From Ostreococcus lucimarinus (Eukaryota), in the NCBI GenBank assembly GCA_000092065.1, contig CP000591.1: 64,000 bases of DNA. One strand, 5' to 3'. The notes under the pieces were generated by a model that saw only the letters and a list, made by a program, of their open reading frames with translations, was not told where the DNA came from and did no database searches. Shown one piece after another: positions 18,397 to 26,217 of the stretch. Every line of letters starts with the position of its first letter. Positions within the stretch are counted from its first letter, which is position 1. The translations under genes and the position numbers were made by a program.

Positions 18397-19761
18397 TCAG
18401 TGTTTTGGTTTAGTGTTGCGGCGTGACGCTCGACGTGTCGTCGTCTGCGTCGTCGCTTCGCCGACTTGCGCGTGTGACTTATCGCCGCCGTGCAGGAACT
18501 CCTCGAGGACGCTTTCCTTCGGCGGACATGTCGGCGCGTTGTTGACGGCGACGCGTTCGCCCTTGGGCAAACGCTCGGCGAGTTGGCCGAGGGTGAGACC
18601 TATCAATTCCTTCGGCACCGTCTGTGAGGGCGCGCCCAGGTTCGCCGCGCTGCGCATGATGTCGTAACCTAAATGTTCGAAATCGCCGCCGTAGAACGTG
18701 TTGAAGAGATTCAAAAGCTCCGGATCAAAGCGCGACCAGCACGAGTGCAAGTCGGGCTTGGGGACATCCTTGTGCCACGCGTTCGTCACGACCATTTCGA
18801 TCTTTTTGTGATATCGATGGTGAATGAAACTAATGATGTTTTCCTCCTTTACGGACGCGCCCCCATGTCGTTTAGACCACGGCGTCAGCGGACACTCGCC
18901 TTCCTCCGCGCCGAAGCACTCTTCGATTCGAAAAAGATTTTCGGCGCGCGACGCCATGAGCATCTGCGGCGCCCAGTGAGACAACGAGGCGACGCCTCCG
19001 TTTATTTCATCCTCGCACTTCTTCTGCGCTCTCAACTCCCATCCACCCGCTTCGTAGCACGCTCGAATTTTTGAATCGTGCACGTTGAGCGTCAGGTGCG
19101 CGGCGAACTTTTCGCAATTCCCCTCGTCGTACCCAACCTTCAGGCTGTCGAACAACTTTCTATCGTACGTCCCGGTCCAGTACAAAAACTCTGACTCCGC
19201 GCGTTCGTACGGATTCCTCACGATCGCCCACGACTTTCGCACGTAATCCTTCGGAATCGAGTGCCAATTTTCCCAGCCGCGGTACCTCGGGTGCAGCTCG
19301 TACGCGCGATCCTCGCGCTTGATGCAGTACCCTTCCGCGATCCCCGACACCCCGAGCGAGGTCTCGATCGTCGTCCCGCCCGTCTTCGGGATGTGCAAAA
19401 ATATCGGAAATCCGTGGCCGGATCGTTTGTCGCCGATCGAGCGCCGCACGTCCAGCGCGCGCGCCTTTTCCGCGTCGGTGTACCCGAGGCGCGCGCGCGT
19501 CGCCGCGGCGTCGCTCGCGTCGCCCGATCGTCCCGCGATCGCGATCGCCACGCTCGCGGCGCCGAGCAGCGCGATGGCGGCGGCGCCAGCGGCGACGCGC
19601 GACCGGGACGGCGACGGTGACGGCGCGAAGCGCGAGCGAACGTCGTCGTCGCGACGGGTGTTGACGCCGATCGCGTCGACGTCGACGACGATGGCGTCGT
19701 CCGCGAGCGCGCGCGGGGGCGAGAACGCGGAGATGAGGCGCTCGCGTTCGTTGAGCGTCAT
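18397..19761 (-). CDS. carbohydrate sulfotransferase-like type II membrane protein
   Basis: An N-terminal signal anchor is followed by a 5'-PSB motif 'FLHIPKTGGTT', as in Sulfotransfer_2 enzymes. ATG at 19761. Confidence 0.55.
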   Translation of the reverse strand: MTLNERERLISAFSPPRALADDAIVVDVDAIGVNTRRDDDVRSRFAPSPSPSRSRVAAGAAAIALLGAASVAIAIAGRSGDASDAAATRARLGYTDAEKARALDVRRSIGDKRSGHGFPIFLHIPKTGGTTIETSLGVSGIAEGYCIKREDRAYELHPRYRGWENWHSIPKDYVRKSWAIVRNPYERAESEFLYWTGTYDRKLFDSLKVGYDEGNCEKFAAHLTLNVHDSKIRACYEAGGWELRAQKKCEDEINGGVASLSHWAPQMLMASRAENLFRIEECFGAEEGECPLTPWSKRHGGASVKEENIISFIHHRYHKKIEMVVTNAWHKDVPKPDLHSCWSRFDPELLNLFNTFYGGDFEHLGYDIMRSAANLGAPSQTVPKELIGLTLGQLAERLPKGERVAVNNAPTCPPKESVLEEFLHGGDKSHAQVGEATTQTTTRRASRRNTKPKH

Positions 19762-19870
19762 GGCGCCGCGCGCCGAGGGCGGTGCGACGCGGTGGGCGCG
19801 AGCCGAAGTGAAGTTACGCAGACCGCGTCGCGGCGGAGCTAACGCTAGAAGACTAGAAATCTACTGGGAA

Positions 19871-21535
19871 TCAATCGTCGACGGCGAACGCCGAGCCGCG
19901 AAGACGAATGATGAAATCGTCGGTGAACGCGCACCAGTCGCTCCACGCGCGGAGCGTGGCGAGGACGTCGCGCTTGAAGGCGCGCCGCGAGGCTGAGGAC
20001 GAAGCGGCCTCGAGGTACAGCTCGAGGCGCTCGAAGACGCTCGGAAGCGCGCTGATGAAGAGCGCGCGGTACGCTTGCACGCCCTTGACCGGTGCGGCAC
20101 AGTTATGAAGTAAATCTGAAACGACGTACAGGCGTGCGGTCATCGTTTGACGAGGGGTTTCGAGGTTGCAAAGCGACGTCGCGATGACGTCGACGACATC
20201 GGCGGCGCACTCGGCGCGCTCGACGGCGAACTCCATCGCATCGCGAATGTCGTCCCGTGCGACGGTGATGTGCTGAAGTATCTCAACCAGACTCTTGCGA
20301 TCCGCCGTAGAGAGCTTCATCGCCGCGCGTTTCGACGATCGACCAACACGATTCTCTAGTCGCGAGGCTTGCGTCTCGTCCAGGGGCGGCGGGATCCATC
20401 GCGCACCGTCACGAATCATCACGAACGGCTCGGTTCGCCACGTCTCTAACGCGTCGCTCTGTGCAAACGCGAACACGCGCCACGCGTAGTACGCGTGGGC
20501 TTGGGAACATTCGTCGAACAAAAACCGATACTCTTCGTTCGTAGCCTCTCGAGCCTTTAAAGCGCGCTCAAATACTTCGCCATCCTCTGCGACGTACGCC
20601 GCAGTTATGTCTATGCGCCTCTTGAGATCTTCATCATCTGGAATTTGCACGACAACGTCCGCTTCGTCCGACGTATCACTCGTCGCCGTCGGCGCCACGC
20701 TCCACGGAATGTCACCAAGCACTTCCGCGGGCGCGCGGGCCAAAAGTTCCGCCGCCTCATTCGCGTGCAACGTCGTCGGCCACATCGCGTGTTGTGGAAT
20801 CCTCATCGCCATGGATATGACAACATTTACCGTGTTGCCGAAAAGTAGCGCGTCGTGCATCTCGTCCACCGCGCGCTCCGCGCTCGTTCGCGACATGAAG
20901 CACACGTATCCGCTATTCGACGTCTCGCGGCTCTCCTTACTCGGCCGCCAAATTTTTACGCTCGCGATCGGGCCGTACCGCTCAAACGCTCGCGCCAGGT
21001 CAACGGCGGCGACGTCTACGGGTAGATTTGTGATTCGCACGTTTGAGCTTCGCGAGGCGTCCGTCGCCGTCGCCGGTTCGACGCGCTCCGACGTCGACGC
21101 CGGCTCCGAGCGCGCCGACGCTTCCGGCACCACCGGCGCCTTGGCCGCGAATTCCTCCAGCATCGCATCGATCGCTTTGAGCTTCTTCTTCCCGCGCGGC
21201 GCGCTCGGTCCGGCTTCGACGTCGTTCTCGGCGTCGGCGCCTTTGCGTTTCGCCGCCGGCGCCGGTCCGTCGCGAGCGCCGAGCGCGTACACCTCCCCGA
21301 CGCCCTCGTCGTCGACGCCGTCGCGCGCGTCCGGTCGTTGTAACCCTCCGCGCACGAAAGTCACGGCGTTCGCTCGTCCATCCTCGTCGTCGTCGTCGCC
21401 GTCGCCGAATTCGTTCTGAAACGTCTCGAGCACGGCTTCGACTTCCGCGGCGTCGCGCGCGGCTTTGCGGGCGTCGCGCGCGCGCTGCAGCGCGAGACGA
21501 TTGCCCTTGCGCGGATTGTTCAGGGAGAAGTGCAT
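19871..21535 (-). CDS. U2 snRNP-associated SURP motif protein (U2SURP/SR140-like): RRM + SURP + CID
   Basis: RRM 'VRITNLPVDVA...SGYVCFMSRTSAERAV'. SURP 'EDGEVFERALKAREATNEEYRFLF...YYAWRVFAF'. C-terminal CID-like helical domain. ATG at 21535; the table's earlier M is a TTG. Confidence 0.7.
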   Translation of the reverse strand: MHFSLNNPRKGNRLALQRARDARKAARDAAEVEAVLETFQNEFGDGDDDDEDGRANAVTFVRGGLQRPDARDGVDDEGVGEVYALGARDGPAPAAKRKGADAENDVEAGPSAPRGKKKLKAIDAMLEEFAAKAPVVPEASARSEPASTSERVEPATATDASRSSNVRITNLPVDVAAVDLARAFERYGPIASVKIWRPSKESRETSNSGYVCFMSRTSAERAVDEMHDALLFGNTVNVVISMAMRIPQHAMWPTTLHANEAAELLARAPAEVLGDIPWSVAPTATSDTSDEADVVVQIPDDEDLKRRIDITAAYVAEDGEVFERALKAREATNEEYRFLFDECSQAHAYYAWRVFAFAQSDALETWRTEPFVMIRDGARWIPPPLDETQASRLENRVGRSSKRAAMKLSTADRKSLVEILQHITVARDDIRDAMEFAVERAECAADVVDVIATSLCNLETPRQTMTARLYVVSDLLHNCAAPVKGVQAYRALFISALPSVFERLELYLEAASSSASRRAFKRDVLATLRAWSDWCAFTDDFIIRLRGSAFAVDD

Positions 21536-21633
21536 CGCGGCGCGCGCGGCGCGCGCGCGCGCGAGAGTGAGGCGCGGGGGCGACGGGGGCGACGCCGAGA
21601 AGGCCGAGCGCGCGCGCCGTCGCGATGGTATTA

Positions 21634-23007
21634 TCAACGTCTTCTAGATCGCTTACGACGCCTGTCCCTGGAGCGCGAGCGCGAGGACGATGAACTATGC
21701 GAGCTCGATCCACTGGATGAACTCGACGAACTACGCGACCCGGAGGTCGAACTCGACGAACTGGAGCTCGAGCTCGACGAACTGGAGCTTGAACTCGACG
21801 AACTCGACGAGCTCCTAGAGCGCTTCGGCACCGTCTTGGGAGCTGTTTTCAACCACTCACGCATGTCCTCAGTAAGCGCACCAAGAGAGATGGAGGTGAA
21901 AAAGTTGATGCTAAACCGCGTGTTGCGAGGCTCGTCCTTGGGCATGATGCCTTGGAAGTACTCACGCATTTCAGGATTTTGCATCTTTTCGTTGAGCTGC
22001 TTCAAACCGAGCGCCTCTGCGAGTTCTTGGAACAGAATCTTGATAAAAATTCGTGAACTTGACGTCGTAGCTTCCTCGGTGAGTTGGATGTATGCCAGAC
22101 ACGTCCACGACATGGCGTCGGTGGCGAGTAAGTGCGCAAAGAATTTTGCCACGTTGCGAAGCTTGTTTGTCTCCAAACGGTGAATCGTACTGTACTGCTT
22201 CATGAAAACTTCGTCGAACAGTTGCGGGTAGATTTTGTGGATGAAACAAAACCGTTGCGCGAGCAAACCGTAGTACCGCAAGTAGGTGCGCTCCTGCGAC
22301 GCACATTCAACGAGCATCGTGCACAACTCTACTTCGGCGCCCGGCGGAATGTTGAGCTTCATCAATTTATGCCCAGCTTCTTCGAAATCTAACGAAGACA
22401 TGATGGTGAGATAAATCGTCCTTCGGAGGTTTACGAGATTTGTCTCCGTGAGATCCGCGATTTCGACCTTGCCATCGCCTCGGCTCGCCACAATGGCGCC
22501 CGCGCCCTCGTCGTCGCTCGACGAAGAACTCGACGACGAACCACTGTCGCTGTCGCTGTCGCTATCGCTCGAGCTCGAGCTCGATTCACCGAGAATTTCC
22601 TTGCGAATGTCTGCATATCGACGCTCGTTTTCCTCAAACTCGGGATCTTCTTTGAACACATCCAAACCAGGCTGCGCTTGCATCTCGTCGTCCAAGCCGA
22701 TTTCGTGCACGATTTGGTCGTCCTCGTCGACCAAATCTAGCTCGGGAGAGACCCCCTTTTTCCCCTCGAATCCACCTTTTCGAAACGCGAACAACCCTTC
22801 GATCATAAACTGAACGCGCTTGTCGATCTCACCTTCGTGTAAAATTCCTCTAAATCGCTCAAAGATGCCGTGCAAACCTTGCGGCGTGAGCTCTTGGAGC
22901 GTGAAGCCGCACTCCTTGACAAAATCAATCGCAACCTCTACGCTGTCGTCCGTGGGAGTGCCTAGCAACACAGTCAATAACTCTAGTGCTATCAACTCGT
23001 GAATGAT
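21634..23007 (-). CDS. CWC22: pre-mRNA splicing factor CWC22, exon 2 (rest of MIF4G, MA3, Ser-rich tail)
   Basis: '[34 protein letters not shown]' matches human CWC22 '[34 protein letters not shown]' after 'LINQQ'. Phase-0 acceptor cag|ATC at 23008/23007 follows a pyrimidine tract. Confidence 0.85.
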   Translation of the reverse strand: [457 protein letters not shown]

Positions 23008-23219
23008 CTGTCGAGAAAAAAGGTAAACGGTCAATCACCCGCGCTGGAGAAGCGCCCCGTCGCGTCGGCGACCGCGTCGGCGGCGGCGTGACATCAGTGT
23101 TAAAAAGCTCGATATGATTTTGATCCTCACGGGAATCAGTGAGTGTTGCGTGATCATAATTCATCCTCTGTCACATCGCGCGCACCGCGTCGCATCGCGT
23201 CGTCCATCGAGCATCGTAC
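23008..23219 (-). other. CWC22: spliceosomal intron (212 nt) of CWC22
   Basis: Minus-strand donor GTACGA directly follows the ...LINQQ codons and the acceptor is ...ccttttttctcgacag|. Splicing joins LINQQ to [11 protein letters not shown] and reproduces the conserved CWC22 block '[20 protein letters not shown]'. Confidence 0.8.
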
Positions 23220-23930
23220 CTGTTGATTAATCAGCGCCGCCAAAAACCTCGTCGCCGCCACGCACACCGGCTTATCGTTCCTCTTATACGCCCGTCTAAA
23301 CTGCAAAACGCATCTCTTCGCGATCAACTCGCCGATTTCAGGAAACTTCGTGTTCACCACCGCCACCAGCGCGGCGAACACACCACTAAACTGCGGCGAC
23401 GCCATCTGAGACTTCATCACGCTCCTCGCGAACAATCCCCGCCCGCGTATCAAATTCTCCTGAAACAGCTCCGGCACCACGTGTTGCACGTTCGACGCGT
23501 TCACCTTATTCACCAATCCATTGATCGATTTCTTCAGCGCGTCCCACGACATGCGTTGATACTCGACGCTCGTCTTATCGTTCGTCTCGCGCATCATCTG
23601 CGCCAGCTTGAACGGCGGCACGTACGCGCCCCCCGTCCTCGTCCCTCTCGCCGCCGTCCCGCGGCTCGCGCTCGGCGCCGTCGCCGTCGCCCTCGCGCGC
23701 GCGTCCGCATCGTTCGCGTCCGGCGCGATCTCTCCTCGTTCGAGCGTCGCGCCGTCGTCGCCGTCGGCGTTCGCGCCGTCCGAGGATCGCCGCCGCCGCG
23801 CGCGATTCGTCGTCGCCTCGCCGCGCGCCGCGTCGCCGCGCGTCGCGCGCGGCGAGCCGTCGCGGCGCGCGTCGCCGTCGCCGTCGTCGTCGTCGCGACC
23901 GCGCGAGCGCGAGCGGCTTCGCGTGCGCAT
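23220..23930 (-). CDS. CWC22: CWC22 exon 1 (RS-rich N-terminus and first half of MIF4G)
   Basis: ATG at 23930. 'TRTGGAYVPPFKLAQMMRE...YQRMSWDALKKSINGLVNKVN...GELIAKR...YKRNDK' aligns with the human CWC22 N-terminus. Confidence 0.85.
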
Positions 23931-23983
23931 CGCGCGCGCGTCGACGAGTGGCGACGCTTTACCGCGACGCGCGCGTCGTCGCG

Positions 23984-24811
23984 ATGCGACGCGTCGCCGT
24001 CGCGCGCGCCGCGTTTTCCGGCGCCGCGCGCGGACGCGGACGACCGAGCGCGCGCGCGCGCGCGGACGCGCGGCGCGACGGGCGCGGACGCGCGCGCGGA
24101 CGCGACGTCGCGCGCGCGTCGACGACGGGGACGACGCGCGAGGACGACGCGCGCGACGACGCGCGCGACGACGCGCGGGCGGCGTACGACGCGACGTACG
24201 AGGGGCTCGATCGCGACGCGGGACTGGCGATCGCCGAGCGCGCGGACCGCGGGAAGACGCGAGAGGACGAGTGGTTCTACGGCGAGTTGGAGTTCGCGGC
24301 GGCGCGAGACGCGCTGCGAAGAGTGTGCCCGAACGCGGGAGAAGGGCGAGAGTTCGTCGATTTGGGAAGCGGACTCGGGAAAATGGTGATCGTGGCGGCG
24401 CTGAGCGGGCTGTTTGAACGCGCGCGAGGGGTGGAGTTGTTGACGGAGCTGCACGAGGCGGCGACGAGCGCGAGAGCGGCGTTCGACGACGCGTTGGCGC
24501 GAGGGGATGGTGAAGTGATCGAAGGCGCGCGCGCGTGCGAGGTGACGCTGGATGAGGGCGATTTGCTGAATTACGACGTGTCGAGCGCGGACGTGGTGTA
24601 CATTCACGCGACTTGTTTCACGCCGCAGTTGCTGAGCGCGTTGGCGTTGAAGTTGGCGAGCGAGTTGAAAACGGGCGCGCGGGTGATGATCATGAGTAAA
24701 CAATTCCCGGAAGGTTGGGTGTTCAAACCATTCGACGGCGGTTACGCCGCGTTGGCTCAACCGCAGAGCAAATGGAAGCTCGATTGCTTTTTGTACGAAA
24801 TATCGAGGTGA
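23984..24811 (+). CDS. DOT1-fold class I SAM-dependent methyltransferase domain protein
   Basis: 'FVDLGSGLGKMVIVAAL' matches DOT1 motif I 'FVDLGSGVGQVVLQVAA'. The downstream block aligns with DOT1L in 'VIFVNNFAF' versus 'VVYIHATCF'. First ATG at 23984; basic N-terminal region. Confidence 0.55.
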   Translation: MRRVAVARAAFSGAARGRGRPSARARADARRDGRGRARGRDVARASTTGTTREDDARDDARDDARAAYDATYEGLDRDAGLAIAERADRGKTREDEWFYGELEFAAARDALRRVCPNAGEGREFVDLGSGLGKMVIVAALSGLFERARGVELLTELHEAATSARAAFDDALARGDGEVIEGARACEVTLDEGDLLNYDVSSADVVYIHATCFTPQLLSALALKLASELKTGARVMIMSKQFPEGWVFKPFDGGYAALAQPQSKWKLDCFLYEISR

Positions 24812-24869
24812 GAGCCCGCTCGTCGAGCGCCGGCTCGCTCGAGGTGTAAATTACAATTATAATACTTCT

Positions 24870-25751
24870 TCACGAACTCGATGAGCTCGAACTCGAATCG
24901 TCCCTGCGAGAGCGTTTCTTTTCCCTCTTCTTGCGCTTCTTGCGCTCCTTCTTGCGCTCCTTCTTCCGCTTTCGCTCTCGACGGCTTCGCGCGTCTACGC
25001 CGTCGTCGTCGTCGCCGAGCTCCATCTCGTACGTCTTCGTCGCCCCGTGCGATCTCGACAGCGCGTCGAGCCCGCGCGCGGGATTCAACACGCGCGCGCG
25101 TAAACTATCCAAATCCTCCGTCGTCGCGCGCGCGCCGACGTTCGCGCCGCTCCGCGCGCGCTCGAGCCTTCGCGCCTTTTCCTCGACCGCCGCCTTGTAC
25201 GCCTTCGCCGCGCCGTCGTTCGGATCAATCTTCAACGCCCGATCGAAATCCCGAATCGCCTCGGCGTACATCCTTCGATTCGCATAACACGCCCCTCGCG
25301 CGGCGTACGCCCTGACGTGCTCTGGATCGAGTTCCAGCGCCTGCGCGAAGCACCGCTCCGCCTCCTCCCATCGCTCCGCCTTCGTCGCCAGCGCGCCCCG
25401 CAGCGCGCTCTCCTTCGCCCACCCCCATCGCACCCTCGCCCGCGCGCGCTCCATGATCTTCGCCCTCGCCATCTCATCTCGCACCCGTTCCGCGCTTCGC
25501 GCGTCCGGGATCGCGACGCGCGTCACCGCCCGCGCCGCGCCGTGCGCGTCGCACAGCGTTCGCGCCGCGCCGCCGACGCCGAACCCTCTCGACGCGCGCG
25601 CGTCCGCGACGAACGTCGACGCCTCGCCGAGGCGCGCCGCCTCGGCGTACGCTTCGAACGTTTTCGCGTCGCCGTGCGCGTGCGCGCGCGCCGCGCGTCG
25701 TCGCGCGCGCGTCGCGTCGTCCTCGTCCTCGTCGTCCTCGTCGCGCGGCAT
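24870..25751 (-). CDS. TPR-repeat protein with Lys/Arg-rich and poly-Ser C-terminus
   Basis: Three TPR-like units '[49 protein letters not shown]'. C-terminal (KKER)n and poly-Ser. ATG at 25751; the ORF above it is low-complexity. Confidence 0.5.
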   Translation of the reverse strand: [293 protein letters not shown]

Positions 25752-25907
25752 CGTCCTCGCCGTCGCGTCGCGCGCGCGCCGCGACGCCGTCGCGCGCGCC
25801 GACCGGGTCGGCGCCGTCGCGTCGCCGCGGCCGTCACCGTCGCCGCGCGCGCGCGCGTGTGCGGCGCGGCGCCGTCGGCCGACGCCAGACGGCGACGCGG
25901 CGACATC

Positions 25908-25973
25908 ATGCCCGGCGCGCGCGACGGCGGCGCCGAGGCCGCGGCGCGGTACCGACAGTACGAGTACAAGGCG
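25908..25973 (+). CDS. BRR2: BRR2/SNRNP200 exon 1
   Basis: ATG at 25908 encodes 'MPGARDGGAEAAARYRQYEYKA'. Compare human 'MADVTARSLQYEYKA'. GTGCGT follows immediately. Confidence 0.8.
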
Positions 25974-26217
25974 GTGCGTGACGACGACGACGCGCGCGCG
26001 CGACGACCGACCGACGCGACGCGCGCGACGACCGCGCGACGACCGAGGGCGCGGCGATCGAGGACGGCGGCGGCGGGCGAACGAATGCGCGACGAAATCG
26101 ACGTCGCCGAGCGCGGACGCGGCGATGAAACGCGCGGTGACCGAAGCGAACGCGCGCGATGTAAACGCGGCGCGACGCGCGAGCGCGGACTGACGAAGAG
26201 GCACGCGCGCGCGACAG
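25974..26217 (+). other. BRR2: spliceosomal intron (244 nt) of BRR2
   Basis: Donor GTGCGT at 25974 and acceptor cgacag| at 26217, phase 0. Splicing gives 'QYEYKA|NASLVLESDRRGRPRGEPTG'. Compare human '[29 protein letters not shown]'. Unspliced read-through ends in a 147-aa nonsense ORF. Confidence 0.8.

Noticed and set aside
23223-24760. Long ORFs 23223-24389 (+) and 23594-24760 (-)
   Set aside because: Out-of-frame or antisense overlaps of CWC22 exon 1 and the DOT1-like gene. Arg-rich low complexity.
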